From Octopus sinensis (Eukaryota): a stretch of DNA of 64,000 bases. The notes beneath the pieces are model-generated. The model did no database searches and had not been told where the DNA came from. It saw only the letters and a program-made list of their open reading frames with translations. Shown here piece after piece: positions 14,040 to 27,815 of this stretch. Positions within the stretch are counted from its first letter, which is position 1. Each line of letters begins with the position of its first letter. The stretch lies in NCBI RefSeq assembly GCF_006345805.1, contig NC_043008.1, forward strand, positions 51,088,001 through 51,152,000, given 5' to 3'. Both the position numbers and the translations under genes were made by a program.

Positions 14040-14913
14040 TGTATGCACAACATAAGAGGGGAAAATAGTACTCGAATACCAAAGGCAGAGTAATATAGTA
14101 TCTCATTAAAGCCGAAAGGAACTGTTGGTCCGAGTTTCACGTGAGCGTTCATCAGGCATTTCTGACAATATGGAATTACTGAATTATGTGAGTATATACA
14201 TTATAATATGTATGTGAGTATATACGTATATATGTGTACACAATTATACACAATCTGATGGTGTAACTAAGAATATATATATATATATGCACACAAATAT
14301 ATGCAATCTGATTGCGTAACTAAATATATACATATACATATATATACTTATTTGTGTGTGTGTGTGTACACACACATATATATGTATGTATATTTATACA
14401 TATATGTTGACATGTATGCATGCATTCACATATACACACTCACACAACCATAAACATACATACCCGTTCTCTTATTCGATTGTGTATGCGTTCGGGTTTA
14501 AATATGTACGAACGCATGCATGTGCGAATGCGTCTGTGAGTGTGTACGGGGTTTATTCAAGGTAGAATAATTATATCGATCCTTGTTATTATCGATCACC
14601 TTGCTTGACAGCTCCTCACTTTCGCATCTGCTATATTACAGCATTTTTGATGTTTGTTTTCCAAGAATCTACCATTATAGAAGATATTGATACAAATGCA
14701 CATACATAGGTACATACATCCATGCATATTTACATGCATATATATCCATATATACATGCATACATACAAGTATATGTACATGTATATATTTATGTATTTA
14801 TTTATAAATGTGTGAGTTTTAAATGATGAATCTAATAAAATGGGAGACCTTGTCAGTAAGAGTTTTAAATAGCTAAGTTTAGAATGTGTGTGTATAATAC
14901 ACATATGTGTCTA

Positions 14914-14956
<43 letters not shown>

Positions 14957-15365
14957 GGGTGCGTATTTGTTCCTCAATGCGTAAACGCTCACCACATCAG
15001 CAATACACTCGCTAGCAGGTTCAAGGTGATACAAAAAGAGTAATAGAGAATGAAACAGGATTTAGATCAAGAGGTACAGTGTGAGTGGTAGAATGAATAA
15101 AAGAGGGGAAAACCATACAGAGAGAGAGAGAGAGGGGCAGGGGAGGCGGAGGGGGAGTTTAGCAGACAGAGAGATTGTTGACTTTATGAGTCTGGCTTTC
15201 CTAACCTCATAAAAGAAATGATGTAATATTTGACTAAATACTCATCAAAAGCTGCATTGATATTTTTTATGCTGTGTAACCAACTTTTCTCAAGTATGTT
15301 TCCGTTTCAAATGATTTCTGCTAAATAAAGAGAAAACCAAAAAAAAAAAATGTATATCGATATAT

Positions 15366-15415
<50 letters not shown>

Positions 15416-15437
15416 CATACATATACATATATATATA

Positions 15438-15470
<33 letters not shown>

Positions 15471-15483
15471 CATACATATATAC

Positions 15484-15537
<54 letters not shown>

Positions 15538-15559
15538 TATACATATCTATATATATACA

Positions 15560-15591
<32 letters not shown>

Positions 15592-15739
15592 TATGTAATT
15601 GTATGTATGTATATGTATGTATTATATATAATATATATATATATATATATACGCACCAACAAATACACATACACTCACGCACACATTAGATGCACACAGC
15701 CACAGACAGACACATGCATAATGTGAACGTAACAAATGA

Positions 15740-15925
15740 TTAGGCGTTCTGGATAACAGCATTTCATGAACGCGGCAAGACTTACCTAACAGCTAGGGGC
15801 TTGAAACGGCACGGGGAAAGTGCATGATGACGAACCAATGGCTCCTGTTATTGGGGACAATCATCTATGTAACATCTGTGCTAAAATGTGTTGGTCACTT
15901 GTTGGAAATATAGCCGAAGAAACTT
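15740..15925 (+). mobile_element. Degenerate LINE C-terminal fragment with a zinc-finger-like motif (RTE-like)
   Basis: APVIGDNHLCNICAKMCWSLVG resembles the CxxCxxxCxSxxGL terminus of RTE ORFs. Confidence 0.45.
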
Positions 15926-16054
15926 CCCCCAACGTCACATGTAGTGGGAGGGAACACGAAACAAACAACAAGCCACACCGACGCCCTGTAAACTCTTTAA
16001 ATAAGTTTCATCTTCACAGTCAACCTCTGTATTTATTATATTTTCATATATTCT

Positions 16055-16270
16055 TTTGTTATTTTATTCTTTTACTCCTTTTAGTCATTCGACTGCGGCC
16101 ATGCTGCATCACTGCTGTAAGAGGTTTCTCAGCGGAAGAAATCGAACCAAGGACTTGTTCTTTGTAAGCGTAGTATTTATTCTATGGCTAACATCGGTTG
16201 TCAAACGATGGTGGTGGGGACAATCACAGACACAAAGACGTACGCACACATAAATATTTACATACATACG

Positions 16271-16316
<46 letters not shown>

Positions 16317-16460
16317 TATACGACGGGGTTTTTTTCAGTTTCTATCTACCAAATCCACTCACAAGGCATTGGTCGACCGAAGCCTATAGTAGAAGACACT
16401 TGCCGAATGTCATCTACTGAGACTGGACCCGGACCCATGTGGTGTGGAAGCAAGCTTTTT
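16055..16460 (-). mobile_element. SINE family A
   Basis: gtcattcgactgcggccatgctg, tctaccaaatccactcacaagg, agaagacacttgcc. Confidence 0.85.
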
Positions 16461-17058
16461 ACTTTTCAGAATACGTTTGTTATCCTAAAACTGACATGTC
16501 CTCGTCAACTAGGTCCACCAAAAAATACTAAATTTACAATATCCGCTACATCAGTGCCTGCATACTCGCCGAATGCCCCAGCCATAAACAGAACCGAGAT
16601 CAGTGAAATTTTTTCTATAAATATGTAAATATTATTACAATACACTAATATTATTTTCCAACGAAATAAAGCACCGTAAAGGTAGAATTATAAATAGAAA
16701 GTAGTGGTCAAAACAAAGTGCCAATTATCGACTGGTATTTCCAGCAAAATTTGGTACCTTGTTCTGCCATTATTTCCTATTTATAATAATTCTATCTTTA
16801 CGATGCCTTCTTGCCTGGAAAATAGTATTATTGGATTGTAATAGTATCTATCTATCTATCTATCTATCTTTTTTTCCTCCCCCCCCCGCCACTTTAAAAA
16901 AATTTATTCCCCCCTTTTTTGTCCTCTTTCTTTCCCTTTACGATCCCTTTTGATCGAAAACCAAACCCCCTTTTTTTACCCCCAAAAGAAAAGCTCTACC
17001 TTGTAATTTGTCCTGTCTGTGTGCAGCTCTGTGTGGCTAATAAAGAAACATATCTATC

Positions 17059-17092
<34 letters not shown>

Positions 17093-17442
17093 ATATTTAT
17101 CTATATATATATACATACATACGTACATACATACATACGTACATACATACATACATACATATATAGATATGTATATGTACGACGTCATCCAAGACGTAGA
17201 GTGAGAAATATTTTGCACATGGAAGAAGAGTTGCACTCTTGTGGCACCAACGGGATAGAATCTCTGTCCCATTAGCAGAATATTTGCTGGCCTTCACAAT
17301 ACCAACAACACCAAGAAGAAAAACAATATTTAGATTAAACCTCTTCAGGAAACATTTGTCTGCTACAAGCATTTATCAGCAATCAGGAATGGTTCTGCAT
17401 GAAATCGAATTGGCAATCATTATGTATTCATATATTCGTCTG

Positions 17443-17490
<48 letters not shown>

Positions 17491-17605
17491 CCTTTTTGTA
17501 TGTGTGTGTATGTTTGAAAGAGGGGTTAACTAAAATCTCACAAGGAAAAGGTCGATCCTGACTTCGAACCTGCTCATCTTCGTTAGAATGTGTAAACTTT
17601 CATCT

Positions 17606-17674
<69 letters not shown>

Positions 17675-17722
17675 CTTACATAAGGCCAACGAGGGTACGG
17701 ACACCGCTATATATATTATATG

Positions 17723-18523
17723 TAGAAAAATACAAACTGGGACAAGAACGTAAAACATTTAGAAGACGATACAAAAAACACGGATCATCCTAGCAATTTC
17801 GGCTGATTAATCTTGAGATCGCTCCGATCCGGCCAGCCCCAAGGAAAAACTAAGCTACGAGCATTAGATTTCTTGGAAGAAGGATCGAATGTATACGAAA
17901 CAGGGACAGAAAAACTGACGATGCCACACGAATATAAAATACAAAAAACAATAATGGTAAAAACAGGACAAAAACAGCGGGTGTCTTACGACTAATAAAC
18001 AGTACAACAAGTTTAGCTGGGGTATTTGAAAAAATGCCTTTATCGGCAGACGAAGACAACGATGTTCACACGGCAGTGGTCGGAGACCAAAGAGGCTGAT
18101 TTGACCAGCGGTCACGTGAGAGAAGAGAGAGAAAAGAAAGGGGGCAAAGGAAACAAAGAGAGAGAGAGAAAAAGAGGGACGAAGGCAACAAAGGGGGGAG
18201 AAGAGAGAGAAAGAAGGAATTAAAGAGGGGAGAAGAAAGAGTGCGTGCCAAGGATTGGCTAGTGAGTGCAAAGTGAGGTGTGGCATCGTCCGTTTTTCTG
18301 TCCCTGTTTTGTACACATTCGATCCTTCTTCCAAGAAATCTAATGCTTGTAGCTTAGTTTTTCCTTGGGGCTGGCCGGATCGGAGCGATCTCAAGATTAA
18401 TCAGCCGAAATTGCTAGGATGATCCGGTTCTTGACTGAAGATTGAAGGCTTCGAATGTCCCGTCCGTGTTTTTTGTATCGTCTTCTAAATGTTTTTCGTT
18501 CTTGTCTCAGTTGTATTTTTCTA
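17723..18523. mobile_element. Long inverted-repeat element (arms 17723-17929 and 18278-18523, 348-bp purine-rich spacer) in TA repeats; Penelope-like
   Basis: Arms are near-identical reverse complements, which also produces the mirror ORFs 17813+ and 18394-. The right arm carries 40 extra bp (18427-18466). Confidence 0.85.
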
Positions 18524-18545
18524 ATATAATATATATATATAATAT

Positions 18546-18600
<55 letters not shown>

Positions 18601-18937
18601 TATATATATAATATATATCTATATTATATCTAGATATTTTATATATATATATATATATATATCATATATATATATATATATATAACGATATATATAATAT
18701 AATATATATATATATATCTATATATACGTATATGGATATTGATATGTGTATGTATGCATGTATGTATTCCTGTTTCGAAAGAAAGCTATGCTCGAAACGT
18801 AAAAACAACTACTCTCCCCCTTCTCTGAGCGTCTCATTAGCACATTACTTATGCTACGTCCTGACGTTTGTTTTTTCTTTCTCTCTATGTTTTTTTAATT
18901 AACTATATATATATATATACATATATATATATTAATA

Positions 18938-19074
18938 GGCGCAGGAGTGGCTGTGAGATAAGTAGCTTGCGTGGCACCTTGGGCAAATGTCTTCTACTAT
19001 AGCCTCGAGTCCACCAAAGCTTTGTGAGTGGATTTGGTAAACGGAAACCGAAAGAAGCCCGTTTTATATATATG

Positions 19075-19107
<33 letters not shown>

Positions 19108-19315
19108 GTGTGTCTCTATGTTTGTGTGACTTTGTCTGTCTCCCCAACATCGCCGATGTTGTGTTTACGTTCCCGTAACTTAGCGGTTCTGCAAAATTGA
19201 CCGATAGAATAAGTACTAATCTTACAAAGAATATGTCCTGGGGTCTATTTGTTCGACTAAAGGCAGTGCTCCAGCATGGCTGTTGTCAAATGACTGAAAC
19301 AAGTAAAAGAATAAA
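18938..19315 (+). mobile_element. SINE family A
   Basis: ggcgcaggagtggctgtg head to gtcaaatgactgaaacaagtaaaaga tail, with a small deletion in the head. Confidence 0.9.
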
Positions 19316-19974
19316 ATAATAAAATATATAATTATATACATAATATGTGTGGGTATGTATATCCGCATGTATGTACGTATGTATAGCTGTATATATGCAT
19401 GTGTGATAAATAGTTTGTCTGTGTATGCGTGTATATATGCATATGTGCTTGTGTGTGTATGTGTGAGGTATGTGTGTACATGCACTTACGTGTGTTATGT
19501 GTGTGTATGCTTTGTTCATTTCGAGCGGTCTGTTAATGTTGAATGCTAAGCAAACAAATAAAGTTTCTTTTTATTTTCGTGTCTACAAATGATTTGTTTA
19601 AAATAACATTTGAAAAAAGAAAAACCAAAAACCGTAAGATAATCAATGAATAGATAAATAAAAATACAAGAGAGAGAGAAGATCCGATGCCAAATTGTCT
19701 GTCAAAAGCTGAAGTTTGTTGCTGATAACACCAAATGATTTCAAAGTTGATCACTGATTATCTCCAGTTTGTTGTGTTACAAAATAACCGTATCACTAAA
19801 AACGGCATTCAGAGGGCGATTGCGTAGATTTTCGTTTAAGTCTGACCAGATAGGGACAGTTAATTTATTTGCAGAACGACAGTTCAGTCTGCCGTCTTGT
19901 TTCAGATATTTATTATTGGCTGACTCAATGTGGAACAAAAAGAAAAAAAAACTGTAGTGTAAAATAAAATAATT

Positions 19975-20192
19975 CGGTTGTGTGGTTGGTTAAAAAACTA
20001 GCTTGACAACCCCGTGGTCTACAGTTCAGTTCCCGCCTACTGCGTGGCACTTTGTGACCAATGTTTTTATTTATAGCCTCGAGTCTACCAGTATTATCTT
20101 CGGAATAAAGTTGGTATACGGAAACTGTGTAGAAGCCTGTCGTATATATATATATATATATTAAAATACATATATATATTTATATACTATAA

Positions 20193-20234
<42 letters not shown>

Positions 20235-20297
20235 TATATAATATTATATAGATAGTATGTATGTATGTATATGTATGGTATTCTATATATGTATATT

Positions 20298-20331
<34 letters not shown>

Positions 20332-20670
20332 GGTGTGTGTGTATGTATATTTATATATATATATATATAAAATTATATATGTGTATATATTTATATGTAT
20401 ATATGTATATGCATGTATGTGTATGTTTGCGCGCACGTGTGTGTACGTATGTTTATGTGTGGGTGAATATCTGTGTTGGTGATTGTCCAGTACCCCACTC
20501 CAACGCTTGGCAAACAATGTTGATTTGTTTCCTGTCCTGAAAACTAGTGGTTCGGTTGAAGGGACTGATAAAGTAAGTACAAGACTTATGTTCTGGGTTC
20601 GACTACACTTTTCAGTGTTGTGCCCTAGCATGGCCACAGCCCGTTGAGCAAAAGATATAAGGTAAAAGAA
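19975..20670 (+). mobile_element. SINE family A (diverged, expanded internal microsatellite)
   Basis: ctgcgtggcactttg, cggaaactgtgtagaagcctgtcgtata, gcatggccacag. Confidence 0.7.
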
Positions 20671-22272
20671 TCTTTTAAACGTATAGAGTTATACGCAATT
20701 GATGAAGTATTTCATTAAAACAGATATCTATGTATCATATTTAATGTATATACACCTTTGACATGCGTGTTGCTGCAGTATTTGTCCTGAGATAACATTT
20801 CTTATTGTCTTGCACCTGGCGCTGCTGGGATCAGTTTTCATCTTTCACGGATATTTATTGCGTTTTTAAGAAAGCAACTCCATAAGAAATATTATATCAG
20901 GACAAATAGTGCATTAGCAGTTCGTATTGGCAGTGTGTACATATTAGTAATTACACATTGGTAGCTAAATAAACGATGGTGGTTTAACTTATTCGTATGG
21001 CTAACAAGATATATAAAGACAAAACGTCCTTGAAATTATACGACAAGAGATATCAATTGAGACGCATCTATATATGTAGAATATCAAGGGATGGTGACGA
21101 GTGGAACATCTATATGCAAAGGTTTTCTCTGTCAGGGCATTGGCCCATAAGATTAGGAACTATAGCAACGAGTTTAGCTCAGCTTTCTGTTGAATATTTA
21201 GAAAAAAATACTTAAACTACAAAACACAAGATACAAAACGATAAAACATTTCCTGCCAAAAGTTCCGAGACATCACGTGATTTGAGTGAATGATGTTCAT
21301 TTATTTTAATTAGAAACTGATATTATCTGACACAACACTTTCTTAAAGCGGATTAATAGTAGCAAATGGGAGAGCTTTTGTGTAGTATATCGACTAGTGA
21401 GAAAGAGCAGACACATTTACTTCAAATAACAATAAACTATTTTAAATATAGAAGAGTATATTGATGAAGGATACATAAAACAGAATTATACAATCGGGAT
21501 ATTCAGGGTTGAAACACATTGGTCCATAGAGTTGGTCAGTCAAGAATAGCTTAGGGCTAAGCAGCAATAATGCTAATATCATGAGCAGGGAGGGCAATCT
21601 TCAACCTGAAGCGGGTCGAATATGACATGGCCCGTCAACGGGTGGGTCATAGAACTAAGAAATAAACTGTTGCTAATTTTTCGTCACGAAGTCCTACCGG
21701 CTGCAGTTTGACCATTCTAAAGTGACTCAGAATAATGTGAGTCAACTAGATGGCTTGAGCTCACTCTCTCTTCCCATCTCTCTCTCTCTCTCTCTCTCTC
21801 TCATTATATTCTTATGTGTATGTCTGTGTGTTTATATATCAAACGTTGCTAGTCAACGGTATATATATATGTATAATAAAATATTAGGGAATAAATCCAA
21901 ACTTACAGGGAAAAATCAGATTTAGGATTGAATCCAATTTTATAGTAAAATATTATATTATATTTTATCTCTAATTTAATATTATATATATATATGACAA
22001 CTGCGGCCATACAGATAGATATATATAAAGAGACAAAGAGAGAAATGAGAGGACAGAGAGAAAACAGATATAGATTCTAAATATAAAGGATATAATCATT
22101 TTTTTAAAAATATATTTACATCAAAAATGCATACAACGTCAAGAACGGTTCTTTTCAACTTGATGCAATGTTTTCATTAATCAATTATAGACACCGCTTG
22201 AAACAGCCGTAATTGACACCTGTACATCTTTGTTACCCATTTACATACATATATTATGTATATATATATACA

Positions 22273-22660
22273 GGCGCAGGAGTGGCTGAGTGGTAAGTAG
22301 CTTGCTAACCAACCACATGGTTCCGGGTTCAGTCCCACTGCGTGGCAACTTGGGCAAGTGTCTTCTGCTATAGCCCCGGGCCGACCAATGCCTTGTGAGT
22401 GAATTTGGTAGATGGAAACTGAAAGAAGCCTGTCGTATATATGTATATATATATATGTATGTGTGTGTTTGTCCCCTAGCATTGCTTGACAACCGATGCT
22501 GGTGTGTTTACGTTCCCGTCACTTGGCGGTTTGGCAAAAGAAACCGATAGAATAAATACTGGGCTTACAAAGAATAAGTACTGGGGTCGATTTGCTCGAC
22601 TAAAGGCGGTGCTCCAGCATGGCCGCAGTCAAATGACTGAGTAAAAGAGTAAAAAAGAGT
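22273..22660 (+). mobile_element. SINE family A, young full-length copy
   Basis: Pol III A box (tggctgagtgg) and B box (ggttcagtccc), CORE-like segment, internal TA/TG repeat, (GAGTAAAA)n tail. Confidence 0.95.
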
Positions 22661-23324
22661 ATATATATATATATACGTGCATGCATATGTATCACTGTAT
22701 CAACCAGAGTGTCAGAGTATCCGATGTTATATACCGCTGGTCACAGTGTGTTTCCTTGCATCGTTTTAACCTTGAAATGGCGGGTAAGCATATATTCTAT
22801 ATATTCACACACACACATATATATACTATTATGTATGCATAAATACGTGTGTTTGTGTATATGTATGCTTGTAGTAAATATAATCAGGCGTATCCAGGTC
22901 TTCGTTATAATTGTTAAATATCATAAGTTGTTCTTAACAATAGATTTGTAACTGGATTATGATAATGCTATTATCTTAATCCAATAATTTTTTCTTATAC
23001 AAAATACTTGACTTTTCTTCAAATAAACAAATATTTATTTTGGTTTTGTTGTTGACATTGCTGTTTCATAGCCTTGAGACATTTGTGGGCGAACATTTGC
23101 CAGCCAAACCACATTGTGTGACCCTGTAATCATATGTTTCTAGTTCTACCCTACGGTCGTCTGCTAAAGACCAGATTGCACCCTAATCAGGCAGTGACGT
23201 TTTGTATGGGGTGTCATGTGATAGTCTGAACATGTGCAACGCTCTCTATTGAGTGGAAAACGATGTGCACGCTGAGGTTTTGCTGGTAGTATCCATGGAT
23301 GCAAGGAATCGGTCAGTGTGGGCG

Positions 23325-23865
23325 TATTCTTTTCTACTCTAGGTCAAGGCCCGAATTTTTTGGTGAGGGGATCAGTCGATTAGATCGATCCTAGTACGCA
23401 AATGGTACTTAATTTAGAAGTATTTCGTCTGCCGCGACGTTCTGAGTTCAAATTCCGCCGAGGTCGACTTTGCCTTTAATCCTTTCGGGGTCGATTAAAT
23501 AAGTACCAGTTACGCACTGGGTTCGATGTAATCGACTTAATCCGTTTGTCTGACCTTGTTTGTCCCCTCTGTGTTTAGCCCCTTGTGGGTAGTAAAGAAA
23601 TACGTATTTCGTCTGCCGCTACGTTTTGAGTTCAAATTCCGCCGAGGTCGACTTTGCCTTTCGTCCTTTCGGGGTCGATTAAATAAGTACCAGTTACGCA
23701 CTGGGTTCGATGTAATCGACTTAATACCTATGTGTGCCCTTGTTTGTCCCCTCTCTGTTTAGCCCCTTGTGGCTAATAAAGAAATAGGTACTTAATTCAT
23801 CGACCCCCGAAAGGATGAAAGGCAAGTCGACCTTGGTGAAATTTGAACTCAGATCGTAAAGACAG
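23325..23865 (-). mobile_element. SINE family B host copy, interrupted by a nested insertion
   Basis: Two halves join across the duplicated GGTACTTAATT (23404-23414, 23787-23797). Confidence 0.85.
23415..23786 (+). mobile_element. Tandem dimer of 5'-truncated SINE family B with 11-bp TSD
   Basis: Two units of about 185 bp, each from gtatttcgtctgccgc to taaagaaata; TSD GGTACTTAATT. Confidence 0.9.
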
Positions 23866-24656
23866 TGTGGGTATAATATTCGAGTTAGTTATTGCGACGC
23901 AGGATGCAGACTGACCGCTGAGGTTGCTGCTGTTGCTGCTGCTGTTGCTCTTGCTGCTGTTGCTGCTGTTGTCTTTGCTGCTGTTGTCTTTGCTGCTCTC
24001 CTTACTGTTACTATTGTAGATTACATAACGCTATATACAGTTTTATGTGTAAATTTTATAGGTTAATGTCGGATACAAATATTGGCCAGTTTTCACTTCA
24101 TCTCTCGATTGTTATTGCTTGTTTTAAATTCGTATTTTTTCCCCTGTGTTTGCTTTGGTCGGTTGATGCTCAGTTTTATTATTTCAATTGTGTGTGTGTG
24201 TGTGGTTTCAGTGCGTTGTGTTTCAGGCCGTCTCTGCTTTTTTGTATGAACTGGACTATTTTTAGCCTGTAATTAATGTTATATTTCTGCTATGTTGCTT
24301 AGTGGGATATGTTCTTTTGAGTAGATCTATAATTATTTTGTGGAATCTACACGCTGCAGGGTCTATGGTTGCAGCAGTGGCGGTTGCAGTGGATGTGGTG
24401 GCGGCGGCGGTGGTGAATTCTAAAATAAAACTTTGACTCTCTTTCTTAATGAAACAAGTTCCATTTGCGGTTTTTTGACGTTAGAACTTTGTTAAACAGT
24501 CTTGTCTTCCTCCATTAATGTGCCTATGTGTTGTCTTGTGTGTATGTGTGTGTGTGTTTGATTATCTATGTATGCTTATATATGCACACACACACACACA
24601 CAAACACACGCACACACACACACACATACACACACACACATACACCCCCACCCCCC

Positions 24657-24701
<45 letters not shown>

Positions 24702-24973
24702 ACAGACACATGTATTATATTATATTATATTGCACTATATTATATATATTCAGAAATCTATCCACACACATATACACACAGACACACATGTAATGCATAT
24801 ACACGCATAAAATATGTATATAAGTTTGCGTGTAGGTTTGTGTGTGTGTGTATGTGTGCGTGTGTCTGCGTGTTTTTGTGTGTGTGCGTGTGTCTGTGTG
24901 GGTCTGTGTGTGTTTGTGTGTGCATACGTACTTTGGCTTATGCAATTACATATATGCAACTGAAACAACAGTA

Positions 24974-25010
<37 letters not shown>

Positions 25011-25692
25011 CGACGACGACGATGGTGATGATGATGATAAAAGAAATAATGATGCTTTCTGCTGTAGCCACAGGACGGGATCTGAAATTTGCAGAGAGGC
25101 GTATAAGGACCCTAGTGCTCAAACAACCCTTTTTTCGTTGAGCCCGAACGAATGGAATGCAAATAAGATCTCGGATTTTCACATGGTTGTAATTTTGAAT
25201 AACAGTTACACGATTATAGATGGGCTTCTATAAAATTCTTGTTAACCTAATTTCGTTCACAATATCTGGGGGTGACTCGAAGCTATATAAAACTATGTTT
25301 ACTCATGATATCACGTAGTAGGACCGATCCCGGGAACTGGTGATTACGAAACAAACTTCCAAACCTTTCGTCCATATTGCTTCTACGTTACATTCCTACA
25401 TAACATCCTGTCTCCCGCTTTACTTCAAGCAACACGTTTGTTATTTTGCAGAAGTAAACAGAATCTTTCCTTGTGCTATCTACAAAATACTTATTTGGCT
25501 ATTTGACTAACTCTAAGAGAGAATTATCAGTTTTACTCGCCGGATTTCACTTAGAAATCCACTATTTTCGAAATGGCTGCTTCGTTTCTGCCTTATTTAC
25601 TCGTCTCATGACGAAGAATTGGTTGGCGTTAGTATTCAAAGAAAATAACTGCAAGCCGCCTTTGAGTTTAGAAGTTGATGGCAAAAAATTCC

Positions 25693-25772
<80 letters not shown>

Positions 25773-25798
25773 GTCTGTCTGACTGTCTGTATGTACGC

Positions 25799-25829
<31 letters not shown>

Positions 25830-25946
25830 TCTATCCATCTAGTTATTTATCTATCTATATTATCAAGCTATCTTATCTGTCTATACATCCAGCTGCTTGT
25901 CTCTCTGTCTATCTCTCTAATTATCTATCTATCTATCTATCTATCG

Positions 25947-25993
<47 letters not shown>

Positions 25994-26230
25994 CGTTTGT
26001 CTGTCCTTTATCTATCTATCTATCTATCTGTCTAGCTATCTATCTTCTGTCTGTCGTTTTGTATATACGCCTCTCTCTCTCTCTCTCTCTTTCTCTATCT
26101 CTCTCTCCCTCTCTATCTGCCTAGTTATTTATCTATCTATCTTATCAATCTATCTTATTTATCTATACATCCATCTGCCTGTCTGTCTGTCTGTCTATCT
26201 GTCTATCTGTCTATCTGTCTATCTATCTAT
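25693..26230. repeat. Compound (TATC)n/(CT)n array with a duplicated block of about 115 bp
   Basis: tacgcctctctc...ctagttatttatctatc...tctatacatcca recurs at about 25794 and 26066. Confidence 0.8.
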
Positions 26231-27378
26231 CTTTCACTCTCCTCGTTCTCTCCCTCTCTTCATCCTTTCTTCCTTTTTGTTTGTTTTTTTCAGACATCTC
26301 ACGCTCATGCCTGGAAAATGTCCTTTTGTGTTGCACAGCAACCAGTACTTTTATCGAAACACAATCTCAATTAGCCATTCCTTACAGGAGCGTGTTTGTT
26401 CTCCTCCTCCTCCAACATAGCTAAATATACGAGGAATTACTTGTTTTATTTGATATCTGACGTTCGTCTTTGATGTTCAAGACCTGCCGTTGTCTGTGCC
26501 ATGGAATCGGCAAAATGCTACTAAATCAATACAAAATCAATATAGATATGATATATATCATGTTTACTTAGGATTATTCGATTCGTCAAAATGCCAGACG
26601 TTACCAAGCTACTAAAAGACTGTTAGTCCCTCGCAGAACAGTAACAGAGATGTTCAGGTATTTGGACTATTCTAGAAAATGCGTCCATCAATATCGGTTC
26701 GCCTTTAGACAGCACAGTTGTTGTTATTGCCTTTGTTATCATTGTTCTTTTGCTTGTTATTGTTATTGTTTTTGTCGCCGCCATTGTTGATTATCCTCAA
26801 GTCAGCCATGATGAAAAAGGTCTATAACCAGTTATCTTCATTTCTATCAGTCTTACTCGGTTTATCTGTATCTCTGTTTCATTGACCAATGGCTGGTCAG
26901 TAACTAATGTCCGACTTCACCACGATCTCAGCAAACATATTTAAAAGCATTAAAGTTTTAAAAAAACAACGTTAGAATCAATACTTAAGTGGATAATCAA
27001 ATTAAATACATGTGGGAATATGTATAAACCATTTACTAAAACGGATGTAAGCCATTAATGTCGAAAAAACGTTTCTTCATTTTACATCGTTTTCCGAGTT
27101 AAGTAGCATATTTTGGAATTAATTTCCGAAGTAGCATTTGAAATAATTGTATACAGCTAATTTGTATTATTGGCACGAGGCCGCATCAAGTTTTCTTTTT
27201 TTTGGTGAAGTGAAGGGTTGGGCCCTGTACATTCGATTGAATCGATCCTCAATAGCCCAATCGTTCATATTTTTTATTTCAGATCAGCAGGACGAGGGGA
27301 AAACCTGACCTCACTTCAGCAAATTACACAGACCCAAACTAAATGCAGTAAAGTAGTTTGAAGGTATTTTACGAAAAC

Positions 27379-27815
27379 GCGTGGCTGTGTGGTAAGAAGC
27401 TTGCTTCCCGACCATATGGCTCCAGGTTCGGTCCCACTGCGTGGTATCTTGGGCAAGTTTCTTCTACTATAGTTTCGGGCTGGCCAAAGCTTTGTGAGTG
27501 GATTTAGTAGAGGGAAATTGAAAGAAGCCCGTTGTATACATATATACATATATGTATATATATATATATATATATATAACTTCATCTATGTCTCTTTGTG
27601 TCTGTTTGTCCCCCACCACCATCGCTTGATAACCGATACTGGTTCGTTTACGTCCCAGTAACTTAATGGTTCGGCAAAAGAGAATAAGACCAATAGAATA
27701 AGTACTAGGCTTTCAAAGAATAAGTCCTGGGGTAGATTTCTTCTACTAAATCCCTTTAAGGGGTGCTCTAGCACAGCCATAGTCAAGAAACTGAAACAAG
27801 CAGAAGAGTAAAGAG
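27379..27815 (+). mobile_element. SINE family A
   Basis: Full head, CORE-like segment, microsatellite and tail layout. Confidence 0.9.

Noticed and set aside
17550-17600. CUAACGA...UUC-GAAG on minus as another hammerhead
   Set aside because: Too many core changes and no clear stems.
20880-20910. ICPDIIF on minus resembling W.PDIVL
   Set aside because: In-frame stop just upstream, no Trp and no splice sites.
22273-22345. tRNA-like heads of SINEs as tRNA genes
   Set aside because: They continue into SINE bodies and lack a full cloverleaf.
23917-24000. (GCT/GTT) trinucleotide tract, poly-Q/A-like
   Set aside because: No flanking ORF or splice signals; simple repeat.
25473-26420. Longest ORF (315 aa)
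   Set aside because: Mostly (TATC)n and (CT)n repeats; its length is an artefact.
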